Assembly: GCA_028688325.1 (NCBI GenBank)
Contig: JAQTYI010000004.1
Location: 8,638-72,637, forward strand
DNA from: Candidatus Portnoybacteria bacterium
GTDB lineage: Bacteria > Patescibacteriota > Minisyncoccia > Portnoybacterales > GWB1-42-6
Direction: 5' to 3'
Length of the DNA: 64,000 bases
Below the pieces are notes generated by a model that had not been told where the DNA came from, made no database searches, and saw nothing but the letters and a program-made list of their open reading frames with translations. The first letter of the stretch is position 1; each line of letters begins with the position of its first letter. Positions 10,017 to 20,100 of this stretch are shown here, one piece after another. The translations under genes were made by a program, and so were the position numbers.

Positions 10017-11198
10017 TCATTGTCGTAATTTTCTCCTATGCAATTTCCGATAATACGATATCGCAAATCTGTGCGCTTCATTGCGGATGGCCTGAAAAAG
10101 CAGGCGTAAGTCCACCGGAAGTTTGCTAAGGAGCAGGGTCTTATCGCTATATATAGTATACAATTCCTCTTCTTTTTTGGCTAACGAGATAATAGCAGGT
10201 CGCGTATCGCTCGGCACTAAGCGATTGGCGAATTGCGATACGGCCGCGTTCAGCTGCGTCTGGCCGCCATCTATAAGCATAATGTCGGGCAGGGGCCATT
10301 CTTTGTGGTTCAGCCGCCTGGATAAAACTTCTTTTAGCATAGCGACATCATTGGCGCCCCGGACCGTTTTGATGCGGAATTTGCGGTAGTCGGATTTTTT
10401 GGGTTTATAGCCGTCAAAGACAATCATTGAGCCGGTGGCGCTGGTTCCCTGAATGTTGGAAATATCATAGGCCTCGATTCTTATCGGTTCACCGGCGTAG
10501 AGCCGGAGGAATTGTTTTAGGGTGTTAAGCGATTCGTGGTATTTTTTTAACCCCTCCTGCACCGTTTTCTTACAAAAAACGGCGCTTCCCCCCTTTGCAA
10601 AAGGGGGGTTGGGGGTTTTTTTTGACGATTGACGATTTGCGATTGGCGATTGGCCGTGCGCCGGGCACAAACCAAGGTGCCACTGCAAGCATGGCTTATC
10701 ATACGCATTTTTACAGGTGCGATAAGGCAGAATCTTGCGCAGGGCGCGCAAAACCCGTTTGAGCTCTTTGCCGTTGGTGAAGGGACCGATGGGGTCAGCT
10801 GTTAGCTTGTAGCTTTTAGCTTTTAGGTTATGGACAATCAGCACTCTCGGCCATTCGTCATCTGTAAAATTAACTCGTAAATAACTTTTATCGTCCCGCC
10901 ATTGGATATTATATTTTGGCGCATATTTTTTTATCAGCTGATCTTCCAATATCAGCGCATCTTTTTCATCGGCGGTCTTGATGAAATCAATGTCGGAAAT
11001 CCCTCCCAACCTCCCTTTTGCAAAGGGGGGAGCAGGGGGGTTAAATTTGCTTTGGCTGCTTGGAATAAAGTGCGAGCGCACGCGATTGCGCAAATTAACC
11101 GCTTTGCCGATATACAAAATCCGCCCCTGGGCGTCTTTGAATAAATAGACGCCGGGTTTTTGGGGAAGGGCTTTTATTTGTTTTTTTATTGTTGACAT
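10017..11198 (-). CDS. uvrC: Excinuclease ABC subunit C, compact form (GIY-YIG + Cys-rich + RNase H-like endonuclease; no C-terminal HhH region)
   Basis: GVYLFKDAQGRILYIGKAVNLRNRV GIY-YIG; CLQWHLGLCPAHG; DISNIQG...LIDGGQTQL...IRNEAHRFAI. Start set at MSTIKKQ. Confidence 0.8.
   Translation of the reverse strand: MSTIKKQIKALPQKPGVYLFKDAQGRILYIGKAVNLRNRVRSHFIPSSQSKFNPPAPPFAKGRLGGISDIDFIKTADEKDALILEDQLIKKYAPKYNIQWRDDKSYLRVNFTDDEWPRVLIVHNLKAKSYKLTADPIGPFTNGKELKRVLRALRKILPYRTCKNAYDKPCLQWHLGLCPAHGQSPIANRQSSKKTPNPPFAKGGSAVFCKKTVQEGLKKYHESLNTLKQFLRLYAGEPIRIEAYDISNIQGTSATGSMIVFDGYKPKKSDYRKFRIKTVRGANDVAMLKEVLSRRLNHKEWPLPDIMLIDGGQTQLNAAVSQFANRLVPSDTRPAIISLAKKEEELYTIYSDKTLLLSKLPVDLRLLFQAIRNEAHRFAISYYRKLHRRKLRQ
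10586..10616. repeat. Poly-C/poly-G hairpin element, in frame in uvrC (encodes TPNPPFAKGG)
   Basis: cccccctttgcaaaaggggggttggggg. Confidence 0.7.
10797..10827. repeat. CTAAAAGC tandem-repeat element, in frame in uvrC (encodes NLKAKSYKLTA)
   Basis: cagctgttagcttgtagcttttagcttttag, the reverse complement of the ctaaaa[g/a]c family. Confidence 0.55.
11001..11042. repeat. Poly-C/poly-G hairpin element, in frame in uvrC (encodes NPPAPPFAKGRLGG)
   Basis: ccctcccaacctcccttttgcaaaggggggagcagggggg. Confidence 0.7.
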
Positions 11199-11278
11199 AA
11201 TCAAGGTGGTGATATATCTTATCCATAAGAAGAATCGTAGCAAGAAGTTCTCAATAGTTCAATAAAAAGGAGGAAAAA

Positions 11279-11479
11279 ATGAGTACAACACTGGAGGATT
11301 TGAATAAAGCCATAGAAAATCTTCGTGGAATGGCTAAATGGGATATTTGCATGGAAAATCCTGCCTTGCTGGACAGGATAGATATCGCCACCATGGAAGC
11401 CAGCATCATTCTTGGCCGTATAAGGAATGTTATCGTTGAGACCGATGTCGTAGACTTGATCCGGGTAAGCAAAGGATGA
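11279..11479 (+). CDS. Small hypothetical protein (66 aa)
   Basis: Strong SD aaaaggagg 7 nt upstream of the ATG; divergent from uvrC. Confidence 0.45.
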   Translation: MSTTLEDLNKAIENLRGMAKWDICMENPALLDRIDIATMEASIILGRIRNVIVETDVVDLIRVSKG

Positions 11480-11567
11480 TTCTGTCGAAAAAGAAGCAAG
11501 AGGATAAAAGTTTGTCTTCAAGGGCTCAAACAATTCATGTTTGGGCTCTTTTCTTTTGGGAAAAATT

Positions 11568-11577
11568 CGTGTATAAT
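11568..11577 (+). promoter_or_regulatory. Extended -10 promoter element (cgTGtATAAT) upstream of uvrA
   Basis: TGnTATAAT consensus seen directly. Confidence 0.4.
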
Positions 11578-11589
11578 GTTTGGGTTATT

Positions 11590-11722
11590 ATCAACATCCG
11601 ATGTCCCAAATATTTAGCATTTTGTATTCTGGACATCAGATGTCAAAATATTGGACTTAATCCAGCGATGTCCGACAACCTAAAATTCGAAATTCTTTAA
11701 TATTTGAGTTGTCGGACATCAA
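11590..11722. promoter_or_regulatory. Array of four GATGTC-N-GACATC / GACATC-N-GATGTC palindromic sites in the uvrA leader
   Basis: acatccgatgt, gacatcagatgtc, gatgtccgacaac, gttgtcggacatc. The last two form a 13-bp perfect inverted repeat ending 8 nt before the uvrA ATG. Confidence 0.5.
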
Positions 11723-11727
11723 AATAC

Positions 11728-14715
11728 ATGAAAGGTGAGTTTATAAAAATCAAAGGCGCCAGAGTCCACAATCTCAAAAATGTTTCCTTGGATATCCCCA
11801 AGGGCAAGTTGGTGGTGATAACCGGTCTTTCCGGTTCGGGAAAATCGTCTTTGGCGTTTGATACCATCTACGCCGAAGGCCAGCGCCGGTATGTTGAGAG
11901 TTTATCCGCCTATGCCAGGCAGTTTTTGGGCGTGATGGATAAGCCCGATGTCGATTCCATCGACGGCTTGTCGCCTGCCATTGCCATTGACCAGCGAAGT
12001 GTTTCCAAGAATCCGCGTTCTACCGTGGGCACAATAACGGAGATATACGATTATATGCGTTTGCTTTTTTCCCGCGTGGGCAAACCGTATTGCCCCGAAT
12101 GCGGCAAAATTATTTCCCGCCAGAGCCCCAGCGCCGTGGCGGAAGCTGTCTTAAAATATCCCGCGGGCGCGCAAATAACGATCTTGGGTCCGCTGGTGCG
12201 CGCCAAAAAAGGCGAACATCATGGAATTTTGGAGCAGGCGCAAAAAGCGGGATTCGTCAATGTGCGCGTTGATGGCATCGTGCACCGCCTGGAAGAGGCG
12301 ATGGGTTTGGAATTGGATAAGCAAAAAAAGCACAGCATCGAAGTTGTGGTTGACCGAGTGGAAGTGCCCAGTGCCGCGGACAAGGATGAGCGCGCCAGAA
12401 TAGTTGATTCCATAGAAACAGCTTTGAAAGTTGGTAAGGGAATGATGATAGTGAGCAAGAATCAGGATTCTGGGTCCCGGGTCAAGCCCGGGACGACATC
12501 ATTTTTAAAAAATGATGTCGTTTTTTCCGAGCTTTTTGCCTGCGAAAAATGCGGCATTTCTCTGCCGGAGATCGAGCCGCGCCTTTTTTCGTTCAACAGC
12601 CCTTTCGGCGCCTGCCCCGAATGCCAGGGACTGGGCAGTAAACTGGAAATCGATCCTAAATTGGTTATGCCAAACCCGCGCCTAACTTTGGCGGAAGGCG
12701 TGATCCGCCCTTGGGCCACGGCTTCGCACCGCGTGGGCCGGCAGGGATATTATTACTGGCTTATTAGCAAGTTGGCCGAGGCCAATGAATTTTCTTTGAA
12801 CACTCCCGCGGGGGAGTTGCCGAAAGATGTTGTTAAAAAAATCCTCTATGGCGATTCGAAAAATGACTACGAAGGCGTTATTCCGAATCTGGAGCGGCGC
12901 TGGAAAGAAACCGATTCTGATTTCGCGCGCGCGGAGATAGAAAAATATATGCAGGTGCGCCAATGCCCGTTGTGCCACGGCGCCAGGTTGAAACGCGAAG
13001 CGCTGGCGATACGAATAAATTCACTTAACCCCCCTGGGCCCCCCTTTAAAAGGGGGGTTGGGGGGTTAAATATCGCCGATGTTTCCGCGATGAGCATCGA
13101 GGCGGCCAAAAAATACTTTGAGGATCTGAAATTATCCGCCAACGACGCCGAAATTGCTAAGCCCGTTGTCAAAGAAATCCTAAAGCGGTTGAAATTCTTG
13201 CTCGATGTGGGGCTTGACTATCTGACCATCGGCCGTGAATCGACCACTCTTTCGGGCGGAGAAGCGCAAAGAATTCGCCTGGCCACGCAGATCGGTTCCG
13301 GGCTTTCCGGCGTGGTTTATATTTTGGACGAGCCGTCCATCGGCTTGCACCAGCGGGACCTCGCGCGCCTCATCGCCACGCTTTTCCAGTTGCGGGACCT
13401 GGGCAACACTGTGATAGTGGTTGAGCACGACGAGCAGACCATCCTGGCGGCGGATTGGATTGTTGATGTGGGGCCGGGAGCGGGAATTCATGGCGGAAAA
13501 ATAATTTTTGCCGGCACCCCCGCGCAGCTTTTAAAATCCGATTGTTTGACCGGGCAATATTTGTCAGGGAAAAAATCCGTGTCATCAGGTGGTCATCCTG
13601 ACCCCGCAGCGGCGGGGTCAGGATCTAAAAAAGATTCTTCGGCCTCCGGCCTCAGAATGACAGATAAAAATAAGGAACACTTATGGGGAGAACCTGGATC
13701 CCGGGTCAAGCCCGGGATGACAAAGTCATCGGGTTCTTTGCAGATAATCGGCGCCACGGAGCACAACCTGAAAAATATCGATGTAAAAATACCATTGCAG
13801 AAATTTGTGGCCGTGACGGGCGTTTCCGGCTCAGGCAAAAGCACGCTGGTTAATGATATTCTGGGCAAATCTTTAAGCCGCGATTTTCACGGCGCTCATC
13901 AACAACCAGGCGCGCATAAGGAAATTTTTGGCACGGATAATCTGGATAAAGTCATAATCGTGGACCAGTCGCCCATCGGCCGCACGCCCCGTTCCAACCC
14001 CGCCACTTATACTGGCATATTTACGCCCATTCGCGATATTTTTTCCCAAACGCAAGAGGCCAAAATTCGCGGCTACAGCGCGGGGCGCTTCAGTTTTAAT
14101 GTTAAAGGCGGCCGGTGTGAAAATTGCGAAGGCGACGGCGTCAAAAAGATAGAAATGTATTTTTTGCCCGATGTTTATATCGAGTGCGAGGTCTGCCATG
14201 GCCAGCGATATAATAAAGAAACACTGGAGATAGAGTATAAAGGCAAGAATATCGCGCAGATATTGGCGATGCCGGTTGAAGAGGGCTATGATTTTTTCAA
14301 GAATCTTCCGGCGTTGGAGCAAAAATTGCGCACACTCAAAGAAGTCGGTTTGGGGTATATGAAATTGGGGCAATCTTCAACAACTCTTTCGGGCGGCGAA
14401 GCGCAACGCATAAAACTGGCCACGGAACTGGCGCGGCGCGACACCGGCAACACATTATATATATTGGATGAGCCCACAACCGGCCTGCATTTTGACGATA
14501 TCCGGCGATTACTCACAGTTTTGCGCGAACTTGTCAAGAGAGGCAATTCCGTGTTAGTAATTGAGCATAATTTGGATGTCATCGCGAGCACCGACTGGGT
14601 GATAGACCTGGGGCCGGAAGGCGGGGAAAAGGGCGGTTATGTTGTGGCGCAGGGAACGGTTGAAGAGATTATCAAGAGCAAGAAGAGCTATACGGGAAAA
14701 TATTTGAAGGAATAA
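11728..14715 (+). CDS. uvrA: Excinuclease ABC subunit A, with three in-frame repeat-derived insertions
   Basis: Two ABC ATPase halves, [10 protein letters not shown], zinc-finger CxxC motifs. Start set at [16 protein letters not shown]; ~1000 aa against a typical ~940-950. Confidence 0.9.
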   Translation: MKGEFIKIKGARVHNLKNVSLDIPKGKLVVITGLSGSGKSSLAFDTIYAEGQRRYVESLSAYARQFLGVMDKPDVDSIDGLSPAIAIDQRSVSKNPRSTVGTITEIYDYMRLLFSRVGKPYCPECGKIISRQSPSAVAEAVLKYPAGAQITILGPLVRAKKGEHHGILEQAQKAGFVNVRVDGIVHRLEEAMGLELDKQKKHSIEVVVDRVEVPSAADKDERARIVDSIETALKVGKGMMIVSKNQDSGSRVKPGTTSFLKNDVVFSELFACEKCGISLPEIEPRLFSFNSPFGACPECQGLGSKLEIDPKLVMPNPRLTLAEGVIRPWATASHRVGRQGYYYWLISKLAEANEFSLNTPAGELPKDVVKKILYGDSKNDYEGVIPNLERRWKETDSDFARAEIEKYMQVRQCPLCHGARLKREALAIRINSLNPPGPPFKRGVGGLNIADVSAMSIEAAKKYFEDLKLSANDAEIAKPVVKEILKRLKFLLDVGLDYLTIGRESTTLSGGEAQRIRLATQIGSGLSGVVYILDEPSIGLHQRDLARLIATLFQLRDLGNTVIVVEHDEQTILAADWIVDVGPGAGIHGGKIIFAGTPAQLLKSDCLTGQYLSGKKSVSSGGHPDPAAAGSGSKKDSSASGLRMTDKNKEHLWGEPGSRVKPGMTKSSGSLQIIGATEHNLKNIDVKIPLQKFVAVTGVSGSGKSTLVNDILGKSLSRDFHGAHQQPGAHKEIFGTDNLDKVIIVDQSPIGRTPRSNPATYTGIFTPIRDIFSQTQEAKIRGYSAGRFSFNVKGGRCENCEGDGVKKIEMYFLPDVYIECEVCHGQRYNKETLEIEYKGKNIAQILAMPVEEGYDFFKNLPALEQKLRTLKEVGLGYMKLGQSSTTLSGGEAQRIKLATELARRDTGNTLYILDEPTTGLHFDDIRRLLTVLRELVKRGNSVLVIEHNLDVIASTDWVIDLGPEGGEKGGYVVAQGTVEEIIKSKKSYTGKYLKE
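12464..12528. repeat. GTCAT-family module (cccgggtcaagcccggg hairpin plus gacgacatcattttt/aaaaatgatgtcgt palindrome), in frame in uvrA
   Basis: Encodes [19 protein letters not shown]; the same module occurs at 3449 and 13694. Confidence 0.6.
13027..13067. repeat. Poly-C/poly-G hairpin element, in frame in uvrA (encodes [14 protein letters not shown])
   Basis: aacccccctgggcccccctttaaaaggggggttggggggtt. Confidence 0.7.
13580..13735. repeat. Composite GTCAT-family insertion (~55 codons), in frame in the uvrA inter-domain linker
   Basis: gtcatcctgaccccgcagcggcggggtcagg...cctcagaatgac plus ctggatcccgggtcaagcccgggatgac; encodes [13 protein letters not shown]...[11 protein letters not shown]. Confidence 0.65.
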
Positions 14716-14725
14716 ACCAAAAATT

Positions 14726-14790
14726 GTCATTTCGAGCCCCGCATCCAAAATCATAGATTTTTGGTGCGGGATAAACTCCGCGAGGAATCT
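14726..14790. repeat. GTCAT-family half element (left module only)
   Basis: Identical to the left module at 1486 and 25493. Confidence 0.6.
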
Positions 14791-14797
14791 GTTCCAA

Positions 14798-14912
14798 AGA
14801 ATTTCTAATTGCTCTAATTTCTAATTGACCTAATCAATGACCAATGCCTAAATTTAGAAATTAGGATTTGGGATTTGATTAGGAATTAGGTTAATTAGGT
14901 AATTAGAAATTA
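14798..14912. repeat. Long AT-rich imperfect palindrome, CAATGACCAATG family (copy 1)
   Basis: tcaatgaccaatgcc...ggatttgggatttg; related copies at 45897-46008 and 62836-62950. Confidence 0.5.
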
Positions 14913-15021
14913 ACGCAGCTCCTTCCTACCTCGACTCGCCGTCAAGGCGAGGCCGGGCACTTCGTTCAGGACGACAATTTCATCGCCGGTTTTTTAACAA
15001 CTTTACAAAAGGAGGCGCGAG

Positions 15022-15342
15022 ATGGACTGCAAGAATGTTTTATGCCGGACAGGGGATTTTTCCGTAAAGATCGCGATGAATGTTCTTTTTTTAGCTTGCG
15101 CGATATTCTGGTTGGCGCTTTTTTTCTGCGTAAGTTTTTACGGGCTGGGTTTTGTTGCTGCCACGGCGATGTTGTCGCTTGGAATATCGAGCGAGATAAT
15201 CGTGCATTCGATTTGGTGGGCGATCTTGCTGTTGAGCGTTATTTTCAGCATCTGGGCATATATCGACGGATGGGATGAAAAGGCGATAAATTGGATTGTC
15301 GGAAAACTTATACGCATTATCGATAAAAAACTCAGGAGGTGA
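15022..15342 (+). CDS. Small membrane protein (hypothetical)
   Basis: SD aaaggagg upstream; 3 hydrophobic helices. Confidence 0.45.
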   Translation: MDCKNVLCRTGDFSVKIAMNVLFLACAIFWLALFFCVSFYGLGFVAATAMLSLGISSEIIVHSIWWAILLLSVIFSIWAYIDGWDEKAINWIVGKLIRIIDKKLRR

Positions 15343-15346
15343 AAAA

Positions 15347-15598
15347 ATGGCGCCAAATATCGGATACGCAATAAAGCGGTTGCGCAGGATTGTAGCCGAC
15401 GGTCGGGCCAGAATGGATAAGAATCTCATTTCGGCCCTCAGCGGCTTTCTCCCAAAAAGCCAGGTGAGGGAGCTGAAAGAAATCGCCGATGAAATGCATA
15501 AAACTCATAAGGCGATGATGCGTTTGGCGTCGGCCAGGGATTCTGCGAATTTCAGGCCCGGTAAAAAATACCGCGTCAATTCCGATACCATCGATTAG
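15347..15598 (+). CDS. Small hypothetical protein
   Basis: Strong SD ggaggtga 6 nt before the ATG (MAPNIGYAIKRL); start shortened from the track ORF. Confidence 0.4.
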   Translation: MAPNIGYAIKRLRRIVADGRARMDKNLISALSGFLPKSQVRELKEIADEMHKTHKAMMRLASARDSANFRPGKKYRVNSDTID

Positions 15599-15620
15599 CG
15601 CGTTTAACAAAGGAGGATTT

Positions 15621-15986
15621 ATGAAATTCAGGAATGTTAGCAAACGGCGGCCGTGGAAAACAAAAGCGCAGAAAAAAGAAAAGAACAGGCGAGAAGCGGC
15701 AATCCTGGAAAAAGAAAGAAGCGAGGCCCTGAGCCGCGAGGTGAAAGAGGCCATAGAAAATAGATGGCCGGCTGGAGCGGCCAGATCCATAATCGAAAGA
15801 TATCATCTTGATGATTTTCCTCCAACTGCCGTTTCGCCGCGGCAAAAGATTCCGGTTTCACCGGGCGCGAAGGAATCCTGGATTGATTATTTTGCTCTTC
15901 GGCTTTATCGTCTGCGCAGATTCGTTCTTTGGCTCTGGGCTATGGCGCGGTTTCAACGCGTTGGCGCCTGGCTGCCGGAGCGGTAG
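15621..15986 (+). CDS. Hypothetical basic protein
   Basis: Strong SD aaaggagg 6 nt before the ATG. Confidence 0.4.
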   Translation: MKFRNVSKRRPWKTKAQKKEKNRREAAILEKERSEALSREVKEAIENRWPAGAARSIIERYHLDDFPPTAVSPRQKIPVSPGAKESWIDYFALRLYRLRRFVLWLWAMARFQRVGAWLPER

Positions 15987-16057
15987 GGATAAGGTAATGA
16001 GTCAAGGGGTTCGGTAAAAAACCGGGCCCTTTTTTATTTGATCGGGGGTCAAATCTT

Positions 16058-16148
16058 ATGATATCAGATATCATAAGATTTGAATTAATATTTTGATGTC
16101 CGACATCCTGAGATTCGGGTGCATTAATATCTGGGATGTCGGACATCA
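16058..16148. promoter_or_regulatory. Operator-like sites upstream of groESL: GATATC-A-GATATC, GATGTC-C-GACATC, GATGTC-G-GACATC
   Basis: Same motif family as the uvrA leader; each site is preceded by ttaatat. Confidence 0.5.
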
Positions 16149-16160
16149 GGAAGGCATCCT

Positions 16161-16188
16161 TGACTTTACTGTTAATTTGTATAGAATA
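16161..16188 (+). promoter_or_regulatory. Sigma-70-like promoter for groESL (TTGACT-N16-TAGAAT)
   Basis: Hexamers seen directly; a second TATAAT at 16191-16196 overlaps the spurious ATG of the track ORF. Confidence 0.45.
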
Positions 16189-16253
16189 CTATAATGAATA
16201 CGAATTGGCAGTCCCGATTAACGACTGCTAAAAAGAAGCTTATTATTTATGGT

Positions 16254-16313
16254 GTCATTCTGAGGGCGCAGCCCGAGAATCTGTTAAAGATCCTTCGCTT
16301 CGCTCAGGATGAC
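16254..16313. repeat. GTCAT-family element (short) in the groES 5' leader
   Basis: gtcattctgagggcgcagcccgagaatct...gatccttcgcttcgctcaggatgac. Confidence 0.65.
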
Positions 16314-16325
16314 GAAAAGTCTGTT

Positions 16326-16625
16326 ATGAAAATAAAACCATTGGGCGACAGGGTTTTGATCGAACCGGTTTCCGCCGAAGAGATAAAAAAAATAGGCAAG
16401 ATAAATCTGATGGTGCCGCAGACCGCGGATAAGGAACGGCCCGAACAGGGCAAAGTTGTTGCTGTGGGCGCGGGCAGAATCGGTAAAGACGGAAAAAATA
16501 TTCCGATGAGCGTCAAAAAAGGCGATACGGTTTTGTTCACCAAATACGGCCCGAACGAAATAAAAATAGACGGCAAGGAATATCTGATTGCGGAGGAGAA
16601 AGATATATTAGCTATTTTAGAATAG
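16326..16625 (+). CDS. groES: Co-chaperonin GroES
   Basis: [15 protein letters not shown]...; start reset to the conserved N-terminus. Confidence 0.9.
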   Translation: MKIKPLGDRVLIEPVSAEEIKKIGKINLMVPQTADKERPEQGKVVAVGAGRIGKDGKNIPMSVKKGDTVLFTKYGPNEIKIDGKEYLIAEEKDILAILE

Positions 16626-16671
16626 GTTCTAAAATGAATTTTCAGTTTACAATTATCAATTTTCAAAAATT

Positions 16672-18483
<1,812 letters not shown>

Positions 18484-18536
18484 TACCGCTGAACTACGCG
18501 GAACTGATACGCAAAACAACGCGGATGAAGATATTT

Positions 18537-18570
18537 AAAAAGCGCCCGGGTCTCCTTGGGCGCTTTTTGG
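18537..18570 (+). terminator. Rho-independent terminator after groEL
   Basis: aaaagcgcccggg...cttgggcgctttttgg. Confidence 0.5.
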
Positions 18571-18626
18571 TTTGCCAAATAAGGGATTTATAGTATGATA
18601 AAAAGGTAAAAAATAAGCTTAAGTTA

Positions 18627-18968
18627 ATGGAAATAATTATAGAAAGCATTGCGGTTGAAAGATTAAAAGAAATGTCCGAAAAGATGTTCGGCAACATCGT
18701 TAAGGCGGTGGTTGATATTGAGCGTGGCATTATGGCGATAGACGGCGAGTTGCATGCCGATTTGGAGGTGCTTTTATCGGATAATGGATCGGAAAGAAAA
18801 AATGTATGGGGGATAAATTTTCATCCCGATGCAACGGGAGGCGATTTTGTAGAGTTTGATTCCATGATCAATTTAAAGCCGCAATTTGGCAACCGGACGC
18901 GCGGGGTGGACAACGAAGAAATAAGAAAAAAAATAATGGAAGTGGTAAATAAATCAGTAAAAAAATAA
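18627..18968 (+). CDS. Hypothetical protein (113 aa), first gene of a coupled pair
   Basis: AT-rich island; stop overlaps the next ATG (TAATG). Confidence 0.4.
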   Translation: MEIIIESIAVERLKEMSEKMFGNIVKAVVDIERGIMAIDGELHADLEVLLSDNGSERKNVWGINFHPDATGGDFVEFDSMINLKPQFGNRTRGVDNEEIRKKIMEVVNKSVKK

Positions 18969-19303
18969 TGGCATATCAGCATCAAGAATTAGCCCAAGGC
19001 CGCTGGCAGAAATTCTCTTTTTTTGAACAGATGGCGAATGTGGGCAGCGAAGTGGGCCGAGCGATAAATTGGCGGAGTAAGAATGAGGTAAATTCTCGCT
19101 TAGCTTTTGAGCGGGCGCTGGAATTGCTGGATTTGACGATAGATGATAAAAGGAATAAGGCGCGGCGGGGAGAATTAACGCGGGCACGCGAGGTTTTGGT
19201 TGATTATTTTGCGGGAAATAACGATTATCGGTCTTCGGACGCAAGCTGGCAGAATTATTTTTACGCGTTCAACTATGCCGCCAGATTACAAGCGGGTGTG
19301 TAG
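18968..19303 (+). CDS. Hypothetical protein (111 aa), translationally coupled to the upstream gene
   Basis: ATG overlaps the upstream stop; no recognisable domain. Confidence 0.4.
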   Translation: MAYQHQELAQGRWQKFSFFEQMANVGSEVGRAINWRSKNEVNSRLAFERALELLDLTIDDKRNKARRGELTRAREVLVDYFAGNNDYRSSDASWQNYFYAFNYAARLQAGV

Positions 19304-19437
19304 TTGGCAGTTTTTTAAGGGAAGAGAGATTTTTAAAAACAGGGCAGGGTAGAGAAAGAATAAAATGTATACACGGAGAGGTCGTCCGCTCAGGCATAAT
19401 GAGCGGATCCGCTCGCTTCGCCGAGCGGACATACAAT

Positions 19438-19698
19438 ATGTTTTATGTCTATGTGTTAAAAAGTGAAAAAGACGGGAACTGTTATACCGGTTTTAGCATT
19501 GACTTAAAGAAAAGAGTAGAAGAACATAATAAGGGGAGAGTAGAAATAACAAAAAATCGCAGGCCCTTGTTGTTGGTTTATTATGAAGCATTTTTGGACG
19601 AGAAGGCTGCGAGGCGGCAAGAATTATTTTATAAGACCGGTCAAGGAAGAAGAATTTTAAAAAAGAGATTAAGCTTTATACACGGAGAGGTCGCATAG
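19438..19698 (+). CDS. Small GIY-YIG nuclease-family protein (copy 1)
   Basis: FYVYVLKSEKDGNCYTGFSIDLKKRVEEHN GIY-YIG motif; 3' end overlaps the tRNA-Ser 5' end. Confidence 0.65.
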   Translation: MFYVYVLKSEKDGNCYTGFSIDLKKRVEEHNKGRVEITKNRRPLLLVYYEAFLDEKAARRQELFYKTGQGRRILKKRLSFIHGEVA

Positions 19699-19768
19699 AG
19701 GCCGAGTGCGCTCGCTTGGAAAGCGAGTGGTCCGCAAGGACTCGAGGGTTCGAATCCCTCCCTCTCCG
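19684..19768 (+). tRNA. tRNA-Ser (anticodon GGA), type II with long variable arm
   Basis: Manual fold: acceptor GGAGAGG/CCTCTCC, 3-bp D-stem, anticodon loop TTGGAAA, T-loop TTCGAAT. Confidence 0.7.
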
Positions 19769-19796
19769 CAATCCTTCGCTAAAGCTACGGAATTGC

Positions 19797-20096
19797 ATGC
19801 ACTATACTTATATTTTATTAAGCTCAAAATCCCATATTTTTTATTTCGGATCAACGAACGATTTGAAGAAAAGATTAATTTTACATAATTCTGGCAAGGT
19901 ACCATCCACTAAACCGCATATTCCTTGGATTCTGGTATGGTACGGTGCTTTTCAGGCAGAAAAACAAGCAAGGGATTTTGAGCTTTACTTGAAAAATGGA
20001 TCGGGGAAGGCCTTTGCTTATAAAAGATTAGTTTCGGTAGCTTTGGCGAAGGATTTTGAATCCGGGAGAAAAGGTAGTCCGAAGCTAAAAGCGTAG
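19797..20096 (+). CDS. Small GIY-YIG nuclease-family protein (copy 2)
   Basis: YTYILLSSKSHIFYFGSTNDLKKRLILHNSGK; start reset downstream of the tRNA. Confidence 0.6.
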   Translation: MHYTYILLSSKSHIFYFGSTNDLKKRLILHNSGKVPSTKPHIPWILVWYGAFQAEKQARDFELYLKNGSGKAFAYKRLVSVALAKDFESGRKGSPKLKA

Positions 20097-20100
20097 GATA

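Noticed and set aside
11704-11727. TTG-initiated extension of uvrA
   Set aside because: It overlaps the operator-like palindrome, and the conserved UvrA N-terminus begins at the ATG at 11728.
16194-16325. N-terminal extension of groES from the ATG at 16194
   Set aside because: That ATG lies inside a TATAATG -10-like hexamer. The extension is translated repeat sequence. GroES homology starts at MKIKPLG.
19716-19796. N-terminal 27 aa of the track ORF for GIY-YIG copy 2
   Set aside because: It overlaps the tRNA-Ser gene body. GIY-YIG homology begins at the internal Met.
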